Part shown: piece after piece, positions 42,320 to 52,940 of the stretch | Layout: the number at the start of each line of letters is the position of its first letter | How positions within the stretch are numbered: the stretch's first letter is position 1 | From: an uncultured Actinomycetes bacterium | GTDB taxonomy: Bacteria; Actinomycetota; Acidimicrobiia; IMCC26256; JACDBD01 | Direction: 5' to 3' | Length of the DNA: 64,000 nucleotides | Assembly: GCA_963747195.1 (NCBI GenBank) | Contig: CAVVDV010000005.1 | Coordinates: forward strand, 193,125-257,124 | The notes under the pieces: model-generated | What the model was told of the DNA's origin: nothing | Database searches by the model: none | What the model saw: only the letters and a program-made list of their open reading frames with translations | Position numbers and translations under genes: made by a program

Positions 42320-43387
42320 CTATGCGAAGAGCGCGCCGACGAACTCCGCGGGGTCGAACGGCACGAGGTCCTCGGGCGCCTCGCCGACGCCGATCAGCTT
42401 CACGGGAATGCCGAGGTCCACCTCGATCGCCAGGACGACGCCGCCCTTCGCGGTGCCGTCGAGCTTGGTCAGCACGACGCCGGTCACGCCGACGGCCTCG
42501 GTGAACTGACGCGCCTGCGCCAGGCCGTTCTGGCCGGTGGTGGCGTCGATGACGAGCAGGACCTCCTGCGGCGCGCCCGGCGTCCGCTCGGCGATGCGGC
42601 GGATCTTCTTGAGCTCCTCCATGAGGTTGACCTTGGTGTGCATGCGACCGGCGGTGTCGACGAGCACGACGCCGGCGCCTCGCCCACCCGCCGCGTCCAC
42701 GGCGTCGAAGACGACGGAACCGGGATCGGCGCCTTCCTGTCCGCGCACCACGTCGGCGCCGACGCGCTCGGCCCAGTGCGTCAGCTGGTCGGCGGCGGCG
42801 GCACGAAAGGTGTCCGCCGCAGCCATCAGCGCGGCGTGCCCGTCCTCGATCTCGCGCTGGGCGAGCTTGGCGATCGTCGTCGTCTTGCCCGTCCCGTTCA
42901 CGCCGACGAACAGCCACACCGTCGGCCCGTCCGGCGCGTGGTGCAGCGACCGGTCGACGCCCGACAGGTCCTCGACGATCTCCTCGCGCAACAGCGTGAC
43001 CAGCTGCTCGGGATCGTCCGCGCCGCGGCCGTCGCCCGCGCCCGCAGCTCGTCGAGCAGCCGGGAGGTCGTCGCCACGCCGACGTCGGCGACGAGCAGCG
43101 CCTCCTCGATGGTGTCCCACGCCTCGTCGTCGATCGTGCGCCGCCCGGTGAGCGCGCCGAGCGATCGGGAGAGGGCGGCGCGCGTCTTGCCGAGCCGGTC
43201 GCGCAGAGCGCGGCGGACGTGGTGGCGCGGCGACGTCGCCGCCGGGCTGTCGGCTCGGCTCCTCCGGAGGAGGGGGCGCTTCCTCGACACGCTGGGCGCG
43301 GCGCGACAGGCCGAGCCCGAGCCAGATGAGCGCGGCGGCGAGCACGAAGATGCCGATGAGGAGCACGGCGGCGAGGGTGGGAGACAC
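42320..43387 (-). CDS. ftsY: SRP receptor FtsY with N-terminal transmembrane anchor (compensated frame-change pair, about 43200 and 43040)
   Basis: Motifs are the TM segment MSPTLAAVLLIGIFVLAAALIWLGLGL, VGVNGTGKTTTIAKLA, DTAGRMH and TKLDGTAKGG. The correct N-domain text (LGKTRAALSRSLGAL...WDTIEEALLVADVG) is in ORF 42898..43290. Confidence 0.92.
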   Translation of the reverse strand: MSPTLAAVLLIGIFVLAAALIWLGLGLSRRAQRVEEAPPPPEEPSRQPGGDVAAPPRPPRSARPARQDARRPLPIARRAHRAAHDRRRGVGHHRGGAARRRRRRGDDLPAARRAAGAGDGRGADDPEQLVTLLREEIVEDLSGVDRSLHHAPDGPTVWLFVGVNGTGKTTTIAKLAQREIEDGHAALMAAADTFRAAAADQLTHWAERVGADVVRGQEGADPGSVVFDAVDAAGGRGAGVVLVDTAGRMHTKVNLMEELKKIRRIAERTPGAPQEVLLVIDATTGQNGLAQARQFTEAVGVTGVVLTKLDGTAKGGVVLAIEVDLGIPVKLIGVGEAPEDLVPFDPAEFVGALFA

Positions 43388-43426
43388 GGCAGTCGCGTTC
43401 GTCGGGAGTGGATGAGCCGGCGGAGC

Positions 43427-44517
43427 CTACCGGTCGCCCTCGGAGCCCCCGGCCGGGCCCTCTTCGGCGACGGGCGGCGGCGGGTCGCCGCGGCGGTACG
43501 TGACCGTGTCGTGCGGCGTCTCGATCCCGGCCTCGTCGAGCGCCGCCTTGATGCGCGCCCGGAGCTCCCGAGCTACCCGCCACTGCTCGAGCGGAAGGGT
43601 CTGGACGACGAGCCGGAGCTTCATGCTCTGGGCGCCGAGCTCCTCGATCCCCCAGACGTCCGGCTCCATGAGGATCGCGTCACGCCAGCCTTCTTCGTGC
43701 CACATGGCGTCGGCGGTCTCCTTGATCACGCGAATGGCGCTGGCGACATCGGTGTCGCGGTCGACCTCGATGTCCAGCAGCGCGCGCGACCACTGCTGCG
43801 ACTTGTTCCCCACCCGTTTGATCTCGCCGTTGGGGACGTGCCAGACGACGCCCTCGACGTCGCGCAGGCGGGTCGTCCGCAGGCTCACGCCTTCGACGGT
43901 GCCACTGACCCCGCCGCCGGAGCCCCCGACGGCCCCGCCGACGTCGATGACGTCACCCACGCCGAACTGGTCCTCGACGAGCATGAAGAACCCCGAGAGG
44001 AAGTCGCGGACGAGGCTCTGGGCGCCGAAGCCGAGCGCGATGCCGAGCACGCCGGCGCCGGCGATCAGCGGCGCGAGGTTGATCCCGAGCTCGCCCAGCA
44101 CGACCAGCATCGCGATGCCCCAGATGACCGCGTTGGCGAGCCGGCCGAGGACGTCGGCCATCGTCCTTGGCCCGTTGCGCCCGACGGGCGCTCGCCACCC
44201 CGCCCGTGTCGATGAACCCGAACGGCGCCTTCTTCTCCTTGTTGTCCTTGGCCTTGGGCTTCGGCGGCGTGGCCAGGATGCGACGGATGATTCGACCCAC
44301 GAGGTGGGTGACGAACCACGCGACGAGCAGGATGAGCACGACGCGCAGCGGCTTGGCGAAGGCGTCGGCGATCTCGGCGGCGCGGTCGTTGTCGCTCACC
44401 CGGAACACCGTCGAGCAGAGCCACGACCGCTCGACCGCGTGCCCCGCACACGTCGGTCTCGGGGCTCACCTGGGAGTGCACGGACGCCGCCGCCGGCAGC
44501 AGCGCGAGAGCAGACAT
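43427..44517 (-). CDS. MscS-family mechanosensitive channel (frame-disrupted; start uncertain)
   Basis: GFGAQSLVRDFLSGFFMLVEDQFGVGD and VWHVPNGEI in ORF 43427..44161. Upstream TM parts are in 43953..44408 and 44065..44547. Confidence 0.75.
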
Positions 44518-44578
44518 GTCCGCCGAAGCTACCGCCGGCCGGGCCACCGAATCGGCCCGGGGTCACCGATCGGTCGGG

Positions 44579-47500
44579 TCAGGCGGGCGCCGGCTCGGCG
44601 TTCCGCATGGCCTCCTCCACCCGCTGGCTGACGACCCTGCTGGAACCGCCGGGCGGCATCGAGACGCCATAGAGAAGGTCGCCCGCCTCCATCGTGCGCT
44701 TCTGGTGGGTGACGATGACCAGCTGCGCCTCGTTGCGGAACTCGTCGACGAGGTCGAGGAATCGATGGAGGTTGACGTCGTCGAGCGCGGCCTCGACCTC
44801 GTCGAGCAGATAGAAGGGCGACGGGCGGGCGCGGAACACCGCGAACAGGAACGCCAGCGCGGTGAGCGAACGCTCGCCGCCGGACAGCAGCGACAGTCGA
44901 CGCACGTTCTTGCCCGAGGGGCGCGCTTCGATCTCGATCCCGGTGTTCAGCACGTCGTCGGGCTCCGTGAGGAAGACCCGGCCCGCGCCGCCGGGGAACA
45001 GCGTCGCGAACAGCGCGGAGAAATGCTCGCTGACGTCTTCGAACGCGGTCTGGAACACGCTCACGATCTCGCGGTCGACGGCCCGGATCACGCGCATCAG
45101 CTCGCGCCGGCTCTCCTTCACGTCGTCCAGCTGCTGCTGGAGGAACGTGTGGCGTTCGGCCAGCGCGTCGTGCTCCTGGAGCGCCAACGGGTTGATCGGG
45201 CCGAGCATCCGCAGCTCGCGTTCGAGCTCGCGGGCGCGGCCGGCGAGCGTCGTGCCCTCGGGGACCTCGGGCTGGGGCAGCGTCGAGGGCGACCGCCGGC
45301 TCGCAGTCGAAGTCGGTCCGGAGCTTCTCGATCGCGTTGTCGAGCCGCATGCGCGTCTCGGCCTCGTCGATCTCGGCCCGGTTGAGCTTCTCGCGGGTCT
45401 CGGCGCTCTCCTGCTCGAGCGCGGCCCGTTCCGCCCGCAGGGCGTCGAGGCGCTCGCCCGACGACCGCGCCGCCTCCGACTGGCGCCGCCTCCGCTCACG
45501 CAGCCGGTCGTGGATCGCCTCGACCTGGGTCAGCAACGCGGTCAGGCGCTGCTCGACCTCCCGGTAGGCGTGCTGCCGGCCGGAGAGCGCGAACCGCCGC
45601 TGTTCGGCTTCGGCGTGCTCGGTCGCGTCGCGGCTCGAGAGCCGGGCGTCGACGCCTTCGAGCCGTCGGGTCAACACGGCCCACCGCTCGGCGAGGGTGG
45701 CGACGCGGACCTCGAGGTCACGGCGCATCGTGGCGACGTCGGCCGGCACGCCGGTCGAGCTCGGCGACGGCGGCGTCGTGCGCGGCCTGCGCGTCTCGTC
45801 GACGAGTGCGGGCGGCATCGAGCTGCGCGGCGGCCTCGGCCCGAGCAGTCTGCGCCGCGGCGCGCGCGGTCTCGGCGGCCGCGGCTTCGGCTGCGGCGTC
45901 TTCGAGCGCGGCCTGGGTCACCGCCGGTGCCGTCCCGCTGCCGAGGCGCCACGGAGCCGACCGCCGAGCCGGTCGCCGTCGGGGTGACGGCGACGACGTC
46001 GGGGTGGGCGAGCACCGTGTCGAGCGCGGGCCGCCATCCGCCTTCCACGAGCACGATGCCGGCGAGGAGCCGCTCGAGCACCGGCGTCGAGGCCGGGTCG
46101 GCGCGCTCGCACGCACTCGGCGAGCGGACGCGCGCCGGCCGGCACAGACGACCGGCGCGCGCGCACCGGCCGGGAAGTGCGTCGGCGACGAGCAACGAGC
46201 GCGCGCGCGTCGCCGGCCTTGACGTGCTCGAGCGCGCGTCGGGCCGCGTCGCCGCCGTCGAGCACGACGGCTTGCAGCGCGTCGCCCAGGCCGGCCGCGA
46301 CCGCCGCTTCGGTGCCCGGCTCGATCTCGACGTGGTCGGCGAGCGGGCCGGCGACGCCGTCGAGGTCGGCGAGCGCCTCGGCGCCGGTCCCGGCGCGCGC
46401 TTCGCCCAGCGCCAGGTCGAGCGCGTCGACGCGGGCGCGCCGGCGCGCTGCTTCTGCTTCGGCTTCGCGCCAGCGCTCGTCGGCCTCGGCGAGCTGCGCC
46501 TCGGCCGCGGGCACGCCCCCGCTTCCGTCCCGCTCGCTCGTCGGTCCGCGCCGCACGCTCAGCCGCCAGCTCCTGCTCGGCCGCTTCGACCTCGGCGAGC
46601 TTCGGCTCGAGCGCCGACGACTCGTCGTCGACCTCGGCGAGCTCGCGTCGCAGCGCGTCGGCGTCGGCGACGAGCGTCTCGATCACGCCCTCGTCGGCGG
46701 CGGCGGTGAGCTCGCGCTCGAGGCCGCGCTGCTTCTCGGCCAGCAGCGCGCGCAGCCCCCGGCCCCGCTCCCGCATCGTCTCGGCCCGCACGAGCGCTTC
46801 GGCGGCATCGTCGTGGCCGAGGGCGGTGAGCGAGTGCTCGATGTCGAGCACGCTGCGATCGAGCTCGCGCAGCCGCGCCCGCACGAGCCGCTCCCTCTCG
46901 GCGTTCTCGTTGCGGGCGTCGTGCAGGCGCTCGAGCCGGGCCTGGCGCCCGGCGATCTCGTGGCCGGCGAGGTAGAGGCGGATCGCGCGCAGCTCCGCTT
47001 CGACGCCGCCGTACCGGCGGGCGGCGTCGGCCTGCTTCTCGAGGGGCCGGAGCTGGCGGCCGACCTCGCGGACGAGGTCGTTGAGGCGGAGGAGGTTGCC
47101 CTCGGTGGCCTCGAGCCGTCGCTCGGCCCGCTCCCGGCGCTTGCGGAACTTGAGCACGCCGGCGGCTTCCTCGATGACGGCCCGACGATCGCCGGGTTGG
47201 GCGGTCAGCACCTCGTCGAGCTGACCCTGGCCGACGATGACGTGCTGCTGGCGGCCGATGCCCGTGTCGGACAGCAGCTCCTGGATGTCGAGCAGCCGGC
47301 ACGTGACCCCGTTGAGCTGGTACTCGGACTCGCCGTCGCGGAACAGGGTGCGCGTGATCGTCACTTCGGTGAACTCGATCGGCAGCAGCCGGGCGCGTGT
47401 TGTCGATCGTGAGCGACACCTCGGACCGGCCGAGCGCCGACCGCTCCGGCGTCCCGGCGAAGATGACGTCGTCCATGCGGCCGCCGCGCAGCGTGCGCGG

Positions 47501-47656
47501 ACCCTGCGCGCCGAGCACCCAGGCCACCGCGTCGACGAGGTTCGACTTGCCCGAGCCGTTCGGCCCGACGACGACCGTGACGCCGGGCTCGAACTCGAGC
47601 ACGGTCTTGTCGGCGAACGACTTGAAGCCCCGCAGGGTCAGGGACTTGAGGAACAC
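44579..47656 (-). CDS. smc: Chromosome partition protein Smc (frame-disrupted; only about 1025 codons)
   Basis: The N-terminal head has [44 protein letters not shown]. Long coiled-coil text lies in 45718..47364 and 44529..45818. Hinge-like text lies in 45918..46556 and 45671..46195. The C-terminal head has [16 protein letters not shown] and [10 protein letters not shown] (44579..45499). Confidence 0.9.
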
Positions 47657-47686
47657 CCGGGAGGTCTCTCCTTCGCCGAACTCGGC

Positions 47687-47729
47687 TCGGATCGTAGCGA
47701 GCGCCGTCGGATCGTACCCACGAGGATCG
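47687..47729. repeat. Direct repeats upstream of smc: TCGGATCGTA twice exactly 20 bp apart, plus a third GGATCG
   Basis: tcggatcgta occurs at 47687..47696 and 47707..47716, and ggatcg again at 47724..47729. All lie 31-73 nt upstream of the smc ATG (47656) in the 108-nt spacer. Confidence 0.3.
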
Positions 47730-47764
47730 CGCTCGACGGGGACGCTTTCGTGAAAATCGCCGCC

Positions 47765-48043
47765 CTACCGCACGCGAAATCCCTGCTCCCCGACCGGCGC
47801 CTCGTCGACCACGTCGACGCCGTCGACCCGGGCCCGCCGCGGCCCTCGACGGCACCACGCGACGACCTCGTCGACGGCGGCCGGAGGGCCCTCGAACACG
47901 ACCTCGACCCGGCCGTCGGCGAGGTTGCGGACCCAGCCCGCGACCCCGGCGGCCTGCGCCTGGTCGTGGCACGACTCCCGGAACCACACCCCCTGCACCC
48001 GGCCGGCGACCAAGACGCGGCGCCGGACCCGATCAGCGGTCAC
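47765..48043 (-). CDS. acyP: Acylphosphatase
   Basis: Intact 92-aa ORF with VAGRVQGVWFR and GWVRNLADGRVEVVFEG. Confidence 0.9.
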   Translation of the reverse strand: MTADRVRRRVLVAGRVQGVWFRESCHDQAQAAGVAGWVRNLADGRVEVVFEGPPAAVDEVVAWCRRGPRRARVDGVDVVDEAPVGEQGFRVR

Positions 48044-48050
48044 GGTGCCG

Positions 48051-48892
48051 TCAGACCTGGCACGCCTCGCAGAAGAACGTGGACCGCCCGCCGATGCGCT
48101 GGCGGACGATCGGCTGGCGGCAGCGCCGGCACGCCTCGCCCTCGCGGGCGTACACCTTGTGGTGCACCTGGTACTCGCCCGGCTTCCCGTAGAGGTCGAC
48201 GTACTGCTCGTCGGCGAGCGACGAGCCGCGGTACTTCACCGCGTCCTGCAGCGTCTCGACCATCGAGCGATAGAGCCGGCGGATCTCCTCGCCCGAGAGC
48301 GAGTCGCTCATGCGGTCCCAGCGCAGCCCGGCGCCGAAGAGGATCTCGTCGCTGTAGATGTTGCCGATGCCGGCGAGGAACTTCTGGTCCATCAGCAGGC
48401 TCTTGAGCTTCATGTGCTTCGACGCGACCAGCGCGACCGAAGTTGTCCCACGACATGGCGTCCTCGAGCGGGTCGATGCCGAGGTGGGCGAGCTCCGCCA
48501 CCTCCTTCTCGACGCCGTCGAGCTCGGTGACGAACATCTCGCCGAACGTGCGCGGGTCGACGAAGCGCAGCTGACCGCCCTGGGTGAACGTGATCACGAC
48601 GTGCGTGTGCTTGCGCGGTCGTCTCGCGCGTTCCCTTGGCCCGGATGAGCTGTCCGGACATCCCGAGGTGGATCACGAGGACGTCGCCCCCGTCGAGCTT
48701 CGCCAGGATGTACTTGCCGCGCCGTTCGATCCCGGTGATCTTCTTGCCGACGAGCCGGTTCGCGAACTGCTTGCGGTTGTGGTGCCGGCGGATCGAGCGC
48801 ATGCCGTCGGCGTCGACCGCCTTGACGCGCTTGCCGACGATCTCCCGTTCGAGGTCGCGGCGAACGACCTCGACCTCAGGCAACTCCGGCAT
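48051..48892 (-). CDS. mutM: Formamidopyrimidine-DNA glycosylase (frame-disrupted)
   Basis: [15 protein letters not shown]2TH LMDQKFLAGIGNIYSDEILF and the zinc finger CRRCRQPIVRQRIGGRSTFFCEACQ. Pieces 48410..49042, 48040..48597 and 48051..48413. Confidence 0.9.
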
Positions 48893-49628
48893 CGTCTTCC
48901 TCCGGTCGGGACGCTTCGGCCCCTGTCGTGACCGCGTGCCCGTCGTTGCGCGGGTCCGCGATCTCGCGGAGGTAACGCCAGGCGACGCGTGCCGCCGCCT
49001 GCTCGGCCTGCTTCTTCGATCGGCCCTCGCCCGTCCCCGCACGGCTCCCCGCGAGCATCACGGTGGCGAAGAAGCGCTTCGAGTGGTCGGGCCCTTCGTG
49101 CGCGCACCTGGTAGCGCGGGCAGCTGGTCGAAGCGTCTGCGTCGCCAGCTCCTGCAGCCGCGTCTTGTAGTCGTCGCCCGCCGGGACCGGCCGCGCCCTC
49201 GATGATGCGCGTCCTCGAGCAGCCGCAGCACGAGCTTGCGGGCGGCGTCCCATCCGCCGTCGAGGTAGACCGCGGCGATCACGGCCTCCATGGCGTCGGC
49301 GAGGATCGACGGCTTCGTCGCGTCCGCCCGACGCGTCCTCGCCCTTGCCGAGGAGCAGCGCCGGCCCGAGCTGCGCTTCGCGCGGCGACCTCGGCGAGCA
49401 CCTCGGCGTTGACGACCGAGGCGCGGAGCTTGGCGAGCTCGCCTTCCGGGCATGTCGGGGTACTCGGCGTACACGTGGTCGGTGACGACGAGCCCGAGCA
49501 CGGCGTCGCCGAGGAACTCGAGCCGCTCGTTCGACAGCGTGTCGGGATGCTCGGCGCAGCACGACCGGTGCGCGAGCGCCCGATCGATGCAGCTCGGGGT
49601 CGCGGAACTTGCACCCGAGCGACGGCAT
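48876..49628 (-). CDS. rnc: Ribonuclease III (frame-disrupted)
   Basis: The catalytic signature is [15 protein letters not shown], with [21 protein letters not shown] also present. The dsRBD part reads [12 protein letters not shown]...[16 protein letters not shown]...[12 protein letters not shown]. The 3' end overlaps the mutM start by 17 nt. Confidence 0.88.
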   Translation of the reverse strand: MPSLGCKFRDPELHRSGARAPVVLRRASRHAVERAARVPRRRRARARRHRPRVRRVPRHARKASSPSSAPRSSTPRCSPRSPREAQLGPALLLGKGEDASGGRDEAVDPRRRHGGRDRRGLPRRRMGRRPQARAAAARGRASSRARPVPAGDDYKTRLQELATQTLRPAARATRCAHEGPDHSKRFFATVMLAGSRAGTGEGRSKKQAEQAAARVAWRYLREIADPRNDGHAVTTGAEASRPEEDDAGVA

Positions 49629-49682
49629 CGAGCCCGCGCGACCTGGCGTCCTTCCTTCTCCGACGACGTCCGGTGCGCACCG

Positions 49683-49979
49683 CTAGCTCCCGAGCCGGGC
49701 GACGACGTAGTCGACCGCCTCGCCGCACGGTGCGCAGGTCGCCGAGGTCCTCGTCGTCGATGGTGAACCCGACGGTGCGCTCGCCGAGCTCCTCCTCGAG
49801 CGCTTCGACGAGCTCGATGAGCGCGAGCGAGTCGGCGTCGAGGTCGTCGGCGAAGCTCGAGTCGAGCGTGATGCGGTCCTCGTCGATCTCGAGGATCTCC
49901 GCGAGCCGCTCGCGGACGATCGCGGTACACCTCGTCGGGGCCGAGCGGGCCCTGCGTCGACGTGGGTCTCAGCCGGCAT
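49683..49979 (-). CDS. acpP: Acyl carrier protein (frame-disrupted)
   Basis: Hand-read [46 protein letters not shown] (DSL phosphopantetheine site), ending [11 protein letters not shown]. The start is tentatively ATG 49979, overlapping the plsX end. Confidence 0.75.
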   Translation of the reverse strand: MPAETHVDAGPARPRRGVPRSSASGSRRSSRSTRTASRSTRASPTTSTPTRSRSSSSSKRSRRSSASAPSGSPSTTRTSATCAPCGEAVDYVVARLGS

Positions 49980-50984
49980 CGATGGCCTCCTTGCAGCCGC
50001 TCGCGACCACGCCGGCCTCGACGCATTCCGCGCGCGACCCGAACCGCGTTGACGATCGCGCGCGCCGACGACGAGCCGTGCGAGATCACGCACACGCCGT
50101 CGACGCCGAGGAGCACCGCGCCACCGGTCGTGGTCGGGGTCGAACGCGGCCGCCGCCTCGAGCAGCAGCGGAGCGACGACCTTGCGCCGCCTCCTTCGCC
50201 TCCGGCGTCGAGTCGAGCACGCCGAACACGAGCTCGACGCGCGGCGCGCAGCGCGCCCTCGAGCGTCTTGAGCGCGACGTTGCCGGTGAAGCCGTCGGTG
50301 ACGATGACGTCGACCGTGTCCGTGCATGAGGTCGCGGCCCTCGACGTTGCCGACGAAGCCCGGCACCTTCTCGAGCAGGGAGAACGTGCGCTTGCGCAGC
50401 TCGTCGCCCTTGCCCGGCTCCTCGCCGTTCGACAGCAGCCCGACCGTGGGCTCGTCGACTGCCGAGGCGGGTCCGCGCGTACTCGCGGCCCATGCGCGCG
50501 AACTGGGCGAGCCACTCGGGCGTGCAGTCGACGGTCGCGCCGCCGTCGATGAGCAGCTGCGGGTGCGTGCCGCCGGCACCGGGATCGGCACCGCGATCGC
50601 GGGCCGGGCGATCCCCGGATCCGGCCCATGCGCAGCAGCGCGGCCGCCATCGTCGCGCCGGTGTTGCCGGCGCCGACCATCGCGTCGGCGCGCCCGTCGC
50701 GGACGGCCTGCGGCGGCACGCACGAGCGACGAGTCCTTCTTGCGCCGCACCGCCGCCGCCGGGTCGTCGTCCATCGCGATGACCTCGCCGGCGTCGCTCG
50801 ACCTCGACGCCGTCGGGGCACGGCCGCCGGGCAGCAACGGCTCGATCGCGTCCTCGCTGCCCGACGAGCAGCACGTCGACGCCGAGCTCGGCGACGGCGT
50901 CGAGCGCGCCGCGCGACGATCTCGCCCGGAGCCTGGTCGCCGCCCATGGCGTCGACCGCGACGGTGATGCGCTGCGTCGCTCAT
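49969..50984 (-). CDS. plsX: Phosphate acyltransferase PlsX (heavily frame-disrupted)
   Basis: [65 protein letters not shown] and [23 protein letters not shown], spread over 49683..50984, 49058..50947 and 50086..50874. Confidence 0.85.
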
Positions 50985-50991
50985 CGTGCGC

Positions 50992-51172
50992 TCAGTCGAC
51001 CTCGATGACCTGGCGGCCGCGGTACCAGCCGCAGTTGTCGCACACGACGTGCGGCAGCTTCACCGCGCCGCAGTTCGGGCACAGCGACCGAGGCGGCGCC
51101 TCGAGGCGCCAGTTCGCGGCGCGCGCGACTGCGGGTCTTCGCCCGGGGGGTCTTGCGCTTGGGGACGGCCAT
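50992..51172 (-). CDS. rpmF: 50S ribosomal protein L32 (one frame change)
   Basis: MAVPKRKTPRAKTRSR (ORF 50981..51172), then NWRLEAPPRSLCPNCGAVKLPHVVCDNCGWYRGRQVIEVD (ORF 50992..51354). Confidence 0.88.
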
Positions 51173-51184
51173 CGGGGCTCCTTG

Positions 51185-51700
51185 TCAGTCGTCGAGCTCA
51201 GGTCGAGCTCGGACAGCGCCGCCCAGCGGGGGTCGGGCGGCTGTCGCGGCACGTGGCTCGGTTCGGCGACGCCGACGTCCGGCGTGCAGGGGCCGGCACG
51301 GTCGTCGTCGCAGTGCGGCGCGAGCGGCAGCTCGAGGAGCACGGTGTCGCGCACGAGCTGCTCGAGGTCGATCTCGTGGCCCTCGAGCGGGTAGGTCTCG
51401 CCCTCGACCGGCTCGGGCTCGAACAGCTCGTCGACCTGCGGCGTCGAGCGTGTGCTCGAGGTCGGTCAGGCAGAGCTGCACTGTGCTCCGCCACCGGCTC
51501 GGACCGTGCCCCGCACGACGATGCCGTCGGGGACCCGCTCGAGCACCAGATCGACGACGACCGGCTCGTCGTCGGGGACGCGGGCCGCCGACCCGGCCAG
51601 GGACTCGCACCGGCGCCTCGAGGTGCACGGCACGGCGGGCAGCCGGGTGGGCCAGCAGGTCGGCGACGTCGATGCGGAGCGCCGGGTCGTGGGCCGTCAT
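51185..51700 (-). CDS. yceD: DUF177 (YceD-like) protein (frame-disrupted)
   Basis: MTAHDPALRIDVADLLAHPAARR...; CLTDLEHTL; EIDLEQLVRDTVLLELPLAPHCDDD..PC. It is directly upstream of rpmF, the usual position. Confidence 0.78.
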   Translation of the reverse strand: MTAHDPALRIDVADLLAHPAARRAVHLEAPVRVPGRVGGPRPRRRAGRRRSGARAGPRRHRRAGHGPSRWRSTVQLCLTDLEHTLDAAGRRAVRARAGRGRDLPARGPRDRPRAARARHRAPRAAARAALRRRPCRPLHAGRRRRRTEPRAATAARPPLGGAVRARPELDD

Positions 51701-51822
51701 TGTGGCGAGGGGCAGAGCGGAAGAACTGCGGCCCGGCGTCGCCCCGACAGGCCGTCGAAGCCGGCGCACAGGTTACCAGGCGGCCCCGTTTTCCAGGATC
51801 TGCCAGGCGGGCGAACCGGGCG

Positions 51823-52403
51823 CTATCGGGCGTCCTGGTCGAAGAACGTCCTCCAGGTCCGTCGTCCTCGATCGAGACCGGCAGCTCCTCGTCTCCGGCT
51901 CAGTCGAGTCGGCTCGTCGGCCTCGGGCCGAGTCGGGTCGATGACGACCTGGAGGCGCTCGCGGCCCTTCTGGACCGCCTGCATCGTGCGCTCGAGCACG
52001 ACCTCGAACGCGGCGAGCTTCTGGTCGATGTAGTCCTCGGCCTCGTGGCGGAGCTGGCGGGCCCGAGGCCTCGGCGTCGTCGACGATCTGCTGGGCGACG
52101 CGGCGGGCCTCGCGGACGACCTCGGTGCGCTCGACCATGCGCTCGGCCTGGACGCGGCCGGCCTCGATGATGTCGTCGGCCTCGCGGCGGGCCTGGCCAG
52201 GAACTCCTCGCGCTCCTTGAGCAGCCAGCGGGCGTGGCGGAGCTCCTCGGGGAGCGCCGCGATCGACTCGTCGAGCAGCCGAGCGAACTCCTCGCGGTTG
52301 ACCAGCACCGACGCCGACATCGGCATCGTGCGGCGCGTTCTCGACGAGGTCCTTGAGCGCGCAGGAGGATGCTCTCGAGGTCGTACGCGGCCTGGTCGCT
52401 CAC
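51823..52403 (-). CDS. Coiled-coil protein of the ATP-synthase-b/DivIVA-like type found between coaD and yceD in actinobacteria (frame-disrupted; 3' end uncertain)
   Basis: The sequence starts VSDQAAYDLESILLR and continues MPMSASVLVNREEFARLLDESIAALPEELRHARWLLKEREEFLA. It then reads ...MVERTEVVREARRVAQQIVDDAEA and QLRHEAEDYIDQKLAAFEVVLERTMQAVQKGRERL. The GTG overlaps the coaD TGA. Confidence 0.55.
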
Positions 52404-52909
52404 TGGTCGTCGCTCACGGCGCGCCGGCGTCGGTCCCCGAACCGCTCGGCGAGCCGCTTCGCGACGACCGGCGGCACCATGCTCGACACGTCGCCGCCGA
52501 ACTTGGCGACCTCCCGCACGAGGCTCGACGACAGGAACGAGTACTGCGGGCTCGTGGAGATGAAGAAGGTGTCGATGCCCGAGAGGCGCTGGTTCATCTG
52601 GGCCATCTGGAGCTCGTAGTCGAAGTCGGACACCGCCCGGAGGCCCTTCACGATCGCCTCGGCGCCGTGCTCCTTGGCGAAGTCGACGAGCAGGCCCTTG
52701 AAGAACTCGATGCGGACGTTGGCGAGGTGCGCGGTGACCTCGCGCAGCATCTCCTGGCGCTCCTCGAGCGTGAACAGCGACTGCGACTTCTGCGGGTTGC
52801 GGATCACCGCCACGATGACGTCGTCGAAGTGGCGGGCCGTGCGCTCGATGATGTCGAGATGGCCGTTGGTCACGGGGTCGAACGAACCCGGGCACAGGGC
52901 GGTGGCCAC
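52400..52909 (-). CDS. coaD: Phosphopantetheine adenylyltransferase
   Basis: Intact 169-aa ORF with CPGSFDPVTNGHLDII and KGLRAVSDFDYELQMA. Confidence 0.95.
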   Translation of the reverse strand: MATALCPGSFDPVTNGHLDIIERTARHFDDVIVAVIRNPQKSQSLFTLEERQEMLREVTAHLANVRIEFFKGLLVDFAKEHGAEAIVKGLRAVSDFDYELQMAQMNQRLSGIDTFFISTSPQYSFLSSSLVREVAKFGGDVSSMVPPVVAKRLAERFGDRRRRAVSDDQ

Positions 52910-52940
52910 GCCCTGTGTCTCCCCTGCTCTGTCAGGTCTC

